Assembly (NCBI GenBank): GCA_902802365.1
Contig: CADCLZ010000002.1
Span: 1 to 50,973 of the forward strand
Source of the DNA: an uncultured Erysipelotrichaceae bacterium
GTDB taxonomy: Bacteria; Bacillota_I; Bacilli_A; RFN20; CAG-826
Reading direction: 5' to 3'
DNA: 50,973 bases
Below, one piece after another: positions 27,262 through 35,332 of the stretch; within the stretch, counting starts at the first letter, position 1, and every line of letters starts with the position of its first letter. Both the position numbers and the translations under genes were made by a program. The notes below the pieces were generated by a model that saw only the letters and a program-made list of their open reading frames with translations, had not been told where the DNA came from and searched no databases.

Positions 27262-29009
27262 TCGTTCACCTCATCATAGGCGTGGACGAGCTTCCGATTG
27301 GCTTCTGCCACTTCTTTTCCATCGACCTTGATGACTGCCCGGTCGTAGGTGATTAAGCCATTTACTTCTTCCTCCACGTCGCTTAACTGGGTCAAAACAG
27401 AAGCTGACAAGCCTTCCTTTACCAAAGGTAAAGCATGCTCAGTCAAAAGCGAAACGATGCCTTTTGAAAGCGAAGGGAGATCTTTGAATCCGCGATAACC
27501 AAAGGCTTTCGGGGCGAAAGAATGGTCCTCGACGCGGCAGGAATAACCGCCGAATTCGGTCAAAGACAGGATTCTCCGCCCATCGTTTTTAAGCCGCGGC
27601 TTCTTGAAATAGATGTGATGGGAGCAGAAATCGCCCACACCTTGGTCAAACCAGCCAGAATTGGCATCCACCAAATGGGTGGAATCCAAAAGCATCAGCA
27701 AATCGAGGTTTTTGATCGTATCAAACTGGCCCCAGCCCTCATTGAATAACGTCCAAATGGCGATGCAGGGGTAATTCACCAACGCATTAACGGTTTCGGG
27801 AATCTCGTTGACGAAATGCTTCCTGGAATCCGCGTTTCCGCGGCCAAGGATTTTCTGCTTTTTGGGGTCTTTATCATCTTCTTGCCAAACGATGAAAGGC
27901 CGCAGGTTGATAAAGAGTTTTTTATAGGGCGAGCCACCATTCACAAAGTCTTGGATCACGACGATTCCAAGGCGGTCGCAATGATAATACCAACGCCGTA
28001 ATTCAAGTTTGATGTGCTTGCGGATCATATTGAAGCCAAGACGCTTGATCAACTCGATGTCGTCGACCATCGCTTTCTCGCTGGGCGGGGTTAATCCACC
28101 ATCTGGATAATAACCCTGATCCAAGACACCGGAAAGGAACAATGGACGGTTGTTCAAAGCGAAAATCTTATGTCCGTTCACTTCCGTAGAAGAAATCTTT
28201 CGCATCGCAAAATAGCTCTTGGCCTCATCCTCGTTGACCCGGATCTTCAAATCATAGAGGAACGGGTCGTCGGGGCTCCATGGATGGAAGGAATCCGCGA
28301 GGTCGATCGTCACATCGCCTTTCTCGTCCAGTTGGCCTTCTCCCACAAGGGAGCCATTGGCAAAGGCCTGAACCTTGGAAGAGGATATAAAACCTTTAAA
28401 ATTGACATGGATAAAGACGTTTTTGCGGTCAAAATTCGGAATTGTGCGGAATCCTAAGATATATTCTTCAGGAATCTTTTCCATCCAAACCGGCTGCCAA
28501 ATTCCTGAGGTCGGCGTATACCAGATACCGCCGTTTTGATTCATTTGCTTGCCGCGCGGATAGATTTCACTATCGGTGTCGTCCATCACTTCGACCCACA
28601 ATTCGTTGTCGCCGGGGACGAGGTTCTTCAGGATTCCAGAAAAGGGCGTATAGCCGCCTTCGTGGTGGCAAACAAGCATTCCGTTCAAATAAACATAGCA
28701 AATCTGATCCACCGCATCGAAATGGAGCAAATAGAGCTCTCCGTTATAGTTTTCGGGCATCGTGATGATGCGGCGATAATGGAGATGATCGTTCTTCTTT
28801 ACGCGCCTTTCGATGCCGGAAAGCGGGGTCTCAACCGCAAACGGAACGACGATTTTTAAGTCGTATTTCGCCGGCGGATTTTGGTTCTGATCGATCGCGA
28901 AATCCCATTCGCCGTTGAGGCTGATGAAACCGGGGCGCTCAAAGATCGGATTTGGGTGCTCTGGCAAGACGGAGGCGGGGTCTAGCTTAAGGCCTTCTTC
29001 GGTAAACAT
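27258..29009 (-). CDS. Glycoside hydrolase family 2 (beta-galactosidase/glucuronidase-like)
   Basis: Sugar-binding N-domain (NGEWDF...LHFDAVD...VYLNG), TIM-barrel segment FNMIRKH, and acid/base region IAIWTLFNEGWG. Confidence 0.75.
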   Translation of the reverse strand: MFTEEGLKLDPASVLPEHPNPIFERPGFISLNGEWDFAIDQNQNPPAKYDLKIVVPFAVETPLSGIERRVKKNDHLHYRRIITMPENYNGELYLLHFDAVDQICYVYLNGMLVCHHEGGYTPFSGILKNLVPGDNELWVEVMDDTDSEIYPRGKQMNQNGGIWYTPTSGIWQPVWMEKIPEEYILGFRTIPNFDRKNVFIHVNFKGFISSSKVQAFANGSLVGEGQLDEKGDVTIDLADSFHPWSPDDPFLYDLKIRVNEDEAKSYFAMRKISSTEVNGHKIFALNNRPLFLSGVLDQGYYPDGGLTPPSEKAMVDDIELIKRLGFNMIRKHIKLELRRWYYHCDRLGIVVIQDFVNGGSPYKKLFINLRPFIVWQEDDKDPKKQKILGRGNADSRKHFVNEIPETVNALVNYPCIAIWTLFNEGWGQFDTIKNLDLLMLLDSTHLVDANSGWFDQGVGDFCSHHIYFKKPRLKNDGRRILSLTEFGGYSCRVEDHSFAPKAFGYRGFKDLPSLSKGIVSLLTEHALPLVKEGLSASVLTQLSDVEEEVNGLITYDRAVIKVDGKEVAEANRKLVHAYDEVNE

Positions 29010-29056
29010 GATGCCTAATTTTAACCTTTACGCGCGTATTAGGGTACAATTAGACC

Positions 29057-30243
29057 ATGAATCTTCCATCAATCCAAAAATATGTTGGCTTAGAGAAAGC
29101 CGATGCCTGGATCCTCGTCGATTATGAGTGCAAGAATCCGGTGATGAATGCCTTGCTCGGGCCGAAAATGCTGACCAGGAAAATCTTCATGGTCATTCCG
29201 GCGACCGGAAAGCCCTATCTCATCGTCCATTTCATCGATACCGTCTATCTAAAAGATGAGGAGACCCAGAGAAACTTCGATTTAAAGGTCTATAAGACCT
29301 GGCGCGAGATGCTCGCGTTGGAAAAAGAGCTCTTCTCCGGCTACAAAACCGTATTAATGGATATCTCCGAATATGGTTTGCTGCCCCGCGTTTCCCTCGC
29401 GGATTGGGGTTCCGTGGAGTATGTCCGCTCTTTAGGAACGGAAATCAAACCAAGCGCGAACGTCCTTCAGCGCATCACCGCGGTTTATTCGGAACGCGCC
29501 TATAAACTTCAGCTTCAGGCGGACGAAATTGCTCTAAGGATCAAAGACGAGGCGTTTGCCAAGATCAAAGAGCTCATCGAAAAGCATGGGGAGACCGATG
29601 AATTCGAAATGCAGCAGTTCATCGCCAAGCGTTTCCATGAAGAAGGCATGGTTTATGACGACCCACCTTTGGTGGCAATCGGCAAAAATGCCAGCGACCC
29701 CCACTACTCCCCCAGTGAAAAGATCCACGACAAGATCCATGAAGGCGATCTCGTTTTGATCGATATGTGGGCGAAAATGGACGATCCAGAAGGAGTTTAT
29801 GCCGACATCACCTGGATGGGCTATGTCGGAAAGGAAGTCCCCGCGGTCTATGTCGACCGTTTCAATATCGTAAAAGCCGCGCCGCCAGAGACGCGGTTAT
29901 CGCGTTCTTGAAGAAAGAGATTCCCCTTCGCCCCGTCATGGCTTATGAAGCCGATGACGTTGCGAGAAAAGTGATTAGCGATGCCGGCTTTGGCGATTAC
30001 TTCGTACACCGCGTAGGTCACAACATCGCGGTTGATGTCTCGCCGCATGGCCCGGGCGCCAATTTGGACGATTTCGAATCAAAGGATACCCGCTTGCTCT
30101 TAGAGGGAACGAGTTTCTCGGATGAGCCAGGGATCTACGCGCCAGACTTCGGGGTTCGGAGCGAAACCAATCTCCACATCCGCAATGGAAAACTCGAGGT
30201 TGTCGCGGGGCTACAAGACGCAATCATTCCTATCCTAAAATAA
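29057..30243 (+). pseudogene. M24-family Xaa-Pro peptidase interrupted by a frameshift near 29880-29895
   Basis: The ORF 29057-29911 ends ...DRFNIVKAAPPETRLSRS*. The -1 frame continues ...AARDAVIAFLKKEI...HRVGHNIAVDVSPHG...SDEPGIY to 30243, which is the M24 metal-ligand region. The break lies in the tract gccgcgccgcc. Confidence 0.8.
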
Positions 30244-30262
30244 AGGCCTTAAAGGCCTTTTT
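30242..30262. terminator. Shared hairpin terminator between the convergent M24 and csoR genes
   Basis: aaaggcc-ttaaa-ggccttt, flanked by T/A runs. Confidence 0.6.
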
Positions 30263-30524
30263 AATTGCTCATCCGTTTCAGGATCTGGCTGACTTCCGCC
30301 ATCTTTTCGTCGAGCTCCGCTTGGCCTTTGGCTTCACGGACGCAGGATTCAAGGTGGGCGGTAATGACATCATTATTGGCTTTCTTCAGTCCGGAGATCG
30401 CCGCAAGCAATTGATTGGAAACATCAATGCAATAAGCGTCATCGTCAATCATCGCCAAAATACCATCGAGTTGACCCTTAACGATCGCAATCTGGTGTTT
30501 AACCTTCTTATGGTCCGCTTTCAT
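30261..30524 (-). CDS. csoR: CsoR-family copper-sensing repressor
   Basis: DUF156 fold: HQIAIVKGQLDGILAMIDDDAYCIDVSNQL...HLESC (C-H-C ligand pattern). Start taken at ATG 30524; the track start 30542 is TTG, inside copZ. Confidence 0.88.
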   Translation of the reverse strand: MKADHKKVKHQIAIVKGQLDGILAMIDDDAYCIDVSNQLLAAISGLKKANNDVITAHLESCVREAKGQAELDEKMAEVSQILKRMSN

Positions 30525-30525
30525 T

Positions 30526-30741
30526 TTATTCAAGTCCCTCAAACCGATAGCCCGCTTCTTCCAACGCTTTGGAATAAGTCTCAGCAGAAAGCGGTTCTTC
30601 GACTTTTAAAACCGCCTCGTTTTTCTTTAAAGAAACGTCCGCTTTCAAAACGCCGGGAAGATTTCCTAAGACTTTGCCCACCATGCGGACGCAGCCCTCG
30701 CACATCATCCCGCCGACTTTGATTGTTTGCTTTTTGCTCAT
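30526..30741 (-). CDS. copZ: Copper chaperone CopZ (HMA domain)
   Basis: A 71-aa protein with the GMMCEGC metal-binding motif. ATGA overlap with copA. Confidence 0.9.
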   Translation of the reverse strand: MSKKQTIKVGGMMCEGCVRMVGKVLGNLPGVLKADVSLKKNEAVLKVEEPLSAETYSKALEEAGYRFEGLE

Positions 30742-33044
30742 TGTGCAACCTCCTGTTTCTCAGTCTTTTTAAAGAAACGCAAACGCAGTGCGTTCAAAAC
30801 AACTGTGACGGAAGAGATCGACATCGCGATCGACCCATACATCGGCTGCATCGAAACATAGGGGTACGCTACCCCCGCAGCAAGGGGTATTAAGAGCACA
30901 TTATAAAGGAACGCCCAAAGAAGATTTTCTTTAATGTTCATTACAACTTTATGGCTGAGCCTTAAAGCAGCCGCAACATCGGAGACATCGCTTTTCACCA
31001 AGACGATATCCGCGGCGTCGATCGCCACGTCGACCCCTGCTCCAATGGCGATGCCAACGTCGGCTTGCGTGAGTGCTGGAGCGTCATTGACTCCATCTCC
31101 GACAAAGGCGACCTTCTTGCCCTGCTCCTGGAGTTTCTTCACTATATCCGCCTTATCTTTGGGCAAGACTTCGGCGAATAGATCATCGATTCCAAGCTGA
31201 TTGGCAATCGCTTGAGCGGTTTTCTTATTATCGCCAGTGACAATCGAAATTTTCTTTCCTTGATTCTTTAGGGTTTCTAAGCCGGTTTTCGTGCTTTCCT
31301 TGATTGGATCTCCAACTGCGAAGATAGCGACGAGTTCCTTGCCTTTTGCAAAATAGACGACGGTTAATCCCTGTTCAGACAACCGGTTGAAATCTTCGTC
31401 TGCAAAGCCAACCTCAACCCCTAAGCCTTCCATCAATAAACGGTTCCCAATCGCGTAGTCATTTCCTTGAATCCCTTTGCCAGGAACGTCTTCAAATCCC
31501 GGGACTGCAAAGAGGTCTAAACCACGTTCTTTTGCCAGGGTTAAAAATGCATTAGAAATGGAATGTTCAGAATATTGTTCTAAAGAAGCGGCCATTTGGA
31601 TCGCTTCCGCCGCTCCCCCGTGGAAAACGCGGCTATCGACCACTGACATTTCACCCTTGGTGAGCGTCCCTGTTTTATCGAAGAGAACTAGGCCGATTTT
31701 CTCTAATCGTTCAAAAGCTTCTGCCGACTTGATCAGGATGCCGTTTTCCGCGCCTTTTCCCGTTCCGACCATGATGGCGACCGGCGTAGCCAAGCCAAGC
31801 GCACATGGGCAGCTGATGACCAAAACGGTGATCGCAAACCGTAACGACATTGAAACCGCGTTGCTGTTTGTAGGCGTGGCAACCGTTCCCGTCTCAAATA
31901 GAATCATCCAAATCGCAAAGGTCACGATGGAGAGACCGATGACCGCTGGAACGAAGATCAATGAAATGCGGTCCGCCAGTCTGGCGATCGGTGCTTTGGA
32001 TTCGCTGGCTTCCTCCACCAAGCCAATGATCTGGCTGATGGTCGTGTCTTTTCCAACCGAAGTAACCTTGAAGCGGAATGAGCCATTCCGGTTAATGGTT
32101 GCCCCAATTACCTTATCCCCGGCAGTTTTATGGACTGGCAAGGATTCACCAGTAATCGCGGATTCATCGATGTTTCCGCTTCCTTCGATGATGACTCCGT
32201 CGGTTGGAATGCTTAAGCCCGGCTTCACCATCACGATATCGTCGACTTGAAGGGTATCCGTGAGGACTTCTTTGACTTCGTCGCCCACCACCAAATACGC
32301 GGTGTCGGGCGTTAAGGCCATCATGTCGGCAATCGAGGCGGTTGTTTTGTTCGTGGCCTTCTTTTCGAAGTATTTTCCTATGGAAACGAACACCAAAATC
32401 ATAGCCGCGCTTTCGACGTACATGTTCATCCAATACATGTGGACCGCTTCGTGGTTGCCCTGGACGGCGCCCACGATCATCATCAGGTAGCCAAAAACGC
32501 TGTATAGGAGCGAAAGCGTGCTGCCTAAGGCAATTAGGCTATTCATGTTCGGATGAAGCTTAAACAGGCTTTTAAAGCCCGAAACGAAGTAATGGAACTG
32601 CAAGATCGCGATGGGGATGAAGAACGCGAACTGAAGCGCGACCGAAATCAAAGCTTCCGTCACAAAATTCGGGTCGGAGGCGGACATGAAGCCGTTTCCA
32701 TATTCATGAAGCAGCATGCCGCCCATCGAAACGACCATCAAAACAACCAGTAAACCCAAGGAAACCAATAGGCGGACTAAGCGGTTATGAAGTTCTCGCT
32801 CCCGCATCTGCTGGATTTTTTTGATCGACTCGTTGACGAAAATGCTCGCGCCATAACCGGCGTTCTTCACGGCTGAGATGATCTGCTCATCGGAGGCTTT
32901 CTGCTCATCGAACTCAACGACCATATTGTTCGCTAAAAGCGAAACGTTGGCCTCTTTGACCCCGTCCACCTTGCACACAGCCCGCGTGACATTGGCCTGG
33001 CAGGCCGCGCACATCATTCCCGTAACGTTGTATTTGCGTTTCAT
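30738..33044 (-). CDS. copA: Copper-translocating P1B-type ATPase
   Basis: N-terminal HMA motif (GMMCAACQ), transmembrane CPC (SCPCALGLATP), DKTGTLT, and GDGVNDAP. Start set at ATG 33044 (MKRKYNVTG). Confidence 0.95.
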   Translation of the reverse strand: MKRKYNVTGMMCAACQANVTRAVCKVDGVKEANVSLLANNMVVEFDEQKASDEQIISAVKNAGYGASIFVNESIKKIQQMRERELHNRLVRLLVSLGLLVVLMVVSMGGMLLHEYGNGFMSASDPNFVTEALISVALQFAFFIPIAILQFHYFVSGFKSLFKLHPNMNSLIALGSTLSLLYSVFGYLMMIVGAVQGNHEAVHMYWMNMYVESAAMILVFVSIGKYFEKKATNKTTASIADMMALTPDTAYLVVGDEVKEVLTDTLQVDDIVMVKPGLSIPTDGVIIEGSGNIDESAITGESLPVHKTAGDKVIGATINRNGSFRFKVTSVGKDTTISQIIGLVEEASESKAPIARLADRISLIFVPAVIGLSIVTFAIWMILFETGTVATPTNSNAVSMSLRFAITVLVISCPCALGLATPVAIMVGTGKGAENGILIKSAEAFERLEKIGLVLFDKTGTLTKGEMSVVDSRVFHGGAAEAIQMAASLEQYSEHSISNAFLTLAKERGLDLFAVPGFEDVPGKGIQGNDYAIGNRLLMEGLGVEVGFADEDFNRLSEQGLTVVYFAKGKELVAIFAVGDPIKESTKTGLETLKNQGKKISIVTGDNKKTAQAIANQLGIDDLFAEVLPKDKADIVKKLQEQGKKVAFVGDGVNDAPALTQADVGIAIGAGVDVAIDAADIVLVKSDVSDVAAALRLSHKVVMNIKENLLWAFLYNVLLIPLAAGVAYPYVSMQPMYGSIAMSISSVTVVLNALRLRFFKKTEKQEVAQ

Positions 33045-33046
33045 TG

Positions 33047-33072
33047 ATACCCCCCTGGGGTGTCTTATTATA
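33047..33072 (-). promoter_or_regulatory. CsoR-type operator (GC-rich pseudo-palindrome) immediately downstream of the copA -10 box
   Basis: Minus strand: TATAATaagACACCCCAGGGGGGTATca-ATG. The TACCCC...GGGGTA-like inverted repeat resembles known CsoR boxes. TTGCTT lies 18 nt upstream of TATAAT. Confidence 0.6.
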
Positions 33073-33103
33073 GGCGCGAACGGGCCCAACAAGCAAACGA
33101 TAT

Positions 33104-33130
33104 GAAAAAAGGAGGCAAAGCCTCCTTTGC
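33104..33130 (-). terminator. Rho-independent terminator after hsp20
   Basis: Minus strand: caAAGGAGGCtttgCCTCCTTTTTTcat. Confidence 0.8.
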
Positions 33131-33155
33131 GATGCAAAATCCAAACTAAGCAATC

Positions 33156-33572
33156 TTAGTCAATGGAAATCGCGTGGGATGCAGCGACCTTTTCGGGGTT
33201 TTCTTTCGGGAAAGTGATGGTGAGAACTCCGTTCTCGTAAGCGGCCTTAACCGCTTCTTTTTCGACGTCGCCGACATAGTAGCTGCGGAAAGCTTTGCCG
33301 GAGAAACGCTCACGGGAGATGAATTCGCCTTTTTCTTCTTTGCTGCGGTTGACTTCCGCAGAGATGGTCAGATAACCGTCTTCCAGGTTGAGGTGGATGT
33401 CCTTCTTGTCGAAACCAGGGAGTTCCACGGACATTTCATAATTGTCCTTGAGCTCTTTGATGTCGGTCTTCATCTGAAGGCTTCCGAAATTCTTGCTCGC
33501 TTCAAAGAACGGGGCGAAGAAAGGATCCCAAAGATTGTAGGTCCTGCAGTTGTTGGTAAGTTCACGATTCAT
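33156..33572 (-). CDS. Small heat-shock protein, Hsp20/alpha-crystallin family
   Basis: Alpha-crystallin domain: DIKELKDNYEMSVELPGFDKKDI...ENGVLTITFPK. SD AAGGAGG. Confidence 0.92.
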   Translation of the reverse strand: MNRELTNNCRTYNLWDPFFAPFFEASKNFGSLQMKTDIKELKDNYEMSVELPGFDKKDIHLNLEDGYLTISAEVNRSKEEKGEFISRERFSGKAFRSYYVGDVEKEAVKAAYENGVLTITFPKENPEKVAASHAISID

Positions 33573-33590
33573 AGTTTTGCCTCCTTGTGT

Positions 33591-33617
33591 TTGGCACTCT
33601 GCACACCTAAGTGCTAA
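33591..33617 (-). promoter_or_regulatory. CIRCE (HrcA operator) inverted repeat in the hsp20 leader
   Basis: Minus strand: TTAGCACTT-aggtgtgca-GAGTGCCAA, against the consensus TTAGCACTC-N9-GAGTGCTAA (8/9 in each arm). It sits between the -10 box and the SD. Confidence 0.85.
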
Positions 33618-33621
33618 TCCT

Positions 33622-33663
33622 ATGATAGTTCACTTTTTAGCACTGTCAAGCGTTGACTGCTAT
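33622..33663 (-). promoter_or_regulatory. hsp20 sigmaA promoter (TTGACA-16 nt-TATCAT) overlapped by a second, degenerate CIRCE-like repeat
   Basis: Minus strand: ATAGCAGTC-aacgcttga-CAGTGCTAA at 33637-33663. The -35 TTGACA (33644-33649) lies inside it. The -10 TATCAT is at 33622-33627. Confidence 0.6.
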
Positions 33664-33738
33664 TTTTTTCAAAAATGTAGTGTTTATCGAAGATAATTTT
33701 TCAAACTTTTTTATATTCTATGGTGCTTTTTACCCGTT

Positions 33739-34161
33739 TCAACACCCGATTGACGGGGTCAAATAGCTCTCCAATTCCTGCTGTTTTCCGCTGAATTGAG
33801 GCACCAATATATACCCGCGCACCCCTTTAGACAGCGCGGATTCCTCAATGAGTTTCTCCACTTCGTTGGCGTAGTCATAAAAACAGCCTGAGGGATCGTC
33901 GGAGAACCGATCAAAGTAATAAATGATCTTCTGAAAGTCGTCCTGGTCCATCCCCAAATCAAAAGCCACATCCATCGTCGGCTCCTTCGCTTTCCTTTTT
34001 AAATAGAATGCCGCGGATAGGATAGAACTCTTTTGAAGGAGGCTCCCATCGACCGGGAATTCGCTGCGGAAACGGTAATAGATCTTCGTGGTTTCGTGAA
34101 TTAATGAGTTGGCCCGGCTTACAAAATAACAAAGCCCGGCATTTGATTGTTTATTAAGCAT
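33739..34161 (-). CDS. Hypothetical protein (140 aa); no motif recognised
   Basis: ORF with GGGAGG 8 nt upstream of ATG 34161. It is visibly more AT-rich than its neighbours. No family assignment is possible by eye. Confidence 0.5.
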   Translation of the reverse strand: MLNKQSNAGLCYFVSRANSLIHETTKIYYRFRSEFPVDGSLLQKSSILSAAFYLKRKAKEPTMDVAFDLGMDQDDFQKIIYYFDRFSDDPSGCFYDYANEVEKLIEESALSKGVRGYILVPQFSGKQQELESYLTPSIGC

Positions 34162-34167
34162 TAAAAA

Positions 34168-34191
34168 GCCTCCCATCACTTAATAGGAGGC
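34168..34191 (-). terminator. Hairpin after ybaK whose 3' arm contains the SD of the next gene
   Basis: Minus strand: GCCTCC-tattaagtgatg-GGAGGC-TTTTTA-ATG. It looks like a terminator (stem plus U-run) and at the same time sequesters GGGAGG. Confidence 0.5.
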
Positions 34192-34210
34192 AAAACGCTT
34201 TTTTGGGCAG

Positions 34211-34675
34211 TTATTTGGCCAGTTCGGCAAATTTCCCTTGAACATATTCGGCCAGTTCAAAGGGATTTAGCCCAATCTGAAACCCTCTTCTTCCGCCGGA
34301 AACATAGATTATATCGAACAATTGGGCGGTTTCTTCGATGAAGGTAGGGAAAGGCTTCTTCATGCCGATCGGCGAACAACCCCCATGGATATAGCCCGTC
34401 AAAGGCAAGAGTTCTTTCTGAAGGATCATCGTGATCGCTTTCGTCCCCGCCGCTTTCGCGGCTTTCTTTAGATCCAGTTCGCGGTTCACCGGAACAACAA
34501 AGACGAAGTGATTCCGCCTTTCGTCTTGGCAGACCAGCGTTTTAAAGACGGAATCGGGGTCTTCGCCCACTGCTTTGGCGACTTCTTCGCCATTTGTGAT
34601 TTCCGGGTCGTATACCTTTTCGGTATATACCAGCTTTGCGGCGTCCAATAACCGCATGACGTTCGTTTTATCCAC
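34211..34675 (-). CDS. ybaK: Cys-tRNA(Pro)/Cys-tRNA(Cys) deacylase YbaK/EbsC
   Basis: KTNVMRLLDAAKLVYTEKVYD...FKTLV...GGCSPIGMKK is the YbaK-family pattern. The track start 34675 is GTG. Confidence 0.85.
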   Translation of the reverse strand: MDKTNVMRLLDAAKLVYTEKVYDPEITNGEEVAKAVGEDPDSVFKTLVCQDERRNHFVFVVPVNRELDLKKAAKAAGTKAITMILQKELLPLTGYIHGGCSPIGMKKPFPTFIEETAQLFDIIYVSGGRRGFQIGLNPFELAEYVQGKFAELAK

Positions 34676-34694
34676 GAGAACAACTATAGGACGA

Positions 34695-34727
34695 AGAAAA
34701 AAGCCCCGCTAGTGCAAGCGAGGCTTT
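34695..34727 (-). terminator. Rho-independent terminator after the small membrane-protein gene
   Basis: Minus strand: aAAGCCTCGCttgcactaGCGGGGCTTTTTTcttc. Confidence 0.75.
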
Positions 34728-34744
34728 CATTCTTAAGGGAAGGC

Positions 34745-35239
34745 TTATTTCTTGCCAACGAGGCCGAGAACCGGTTCGCAGGCCGCGCAAAGACCGCCAA
34801 GGATGGCAAGGATGCCGCCGATGATCCAGCCAGCGCCAACCCCAACGCCGTCGGGAATGTTATTGACTCCATTCGCGGCGAACCAAGTCGGAACGACGAT
34901 GAACATGAAGACGCCAGCGACGATGAGCAAACCAGCGGAGCAGAGTTTGATCAATTTGGAGAATTTCTCCAAAGCCTTGATCTTGAGGAGCGGGAGAACG
35001 CCATCGCAGATCAAAGCGACGAAGGCGACGAGGACGAAGATCCAGGCGAGAAGAGCGGCCCAAGAGAGGGTGGCGTCTTCGGTGCCGAAGATGGCACTGG
35101 TGCCAGCGACGTTGCTGCTGAGATCCCAGCCACCGATGCTTGCGTTATAGACAACGGCGGGGGAAGCAAGTTGGAGGATGAAGGCGATGAGCGCGAAGAC
35201 GGCCGCGATCAGACCGGAGAACTTAATACCTTTCTTCAT
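34745..35239 (-). CDS. Small integral membrane protein (about 164 aa, 4 predicted TM helices), function unknown
   Basis: Start at ATG 35239 (MKKGIKFSGLIAAVFALIAFIL) with AAAGGAA upstream. Four hydrophobic stretches. TTGCGC-16 nt-TAAAAT upstream. Confidence 0.6.
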   Translation of the reverse strand: MKKGIKFSGLIAAVFALIAFILQLASPAVVYNASIGGWDLSSNVAGTSAIFGTEDATLSWAALLAWIFVLVAFVALICDGVLPLLKIKALEKFSKLIKLCSAGLLIVAGVFMFIVVPTWFAANGVNNIPDGVGVGAGWIIGGILAILGGLCAACEPVLGLVGKK

Positions 35240-35332
35240 TGGAAGATTTCCTTTCTGTTCTATGGTGTTAATTTTACGGATTGCACGCATACGCGCAAGA
35301 TAAGAACGCCAAAAAACGCAAATTTTGCGATT

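Noticed and set aside
35311-35330. A short palindrome, aaaaaacgcaaattttgcga, after the PIN-like gene as a possible terminator.
   Set aside because: The stem is at most 4-6 bp of mostly A/T pairs with almost no loop. A T-run is present on the minus strand, but the structure is too weak to call confidently.
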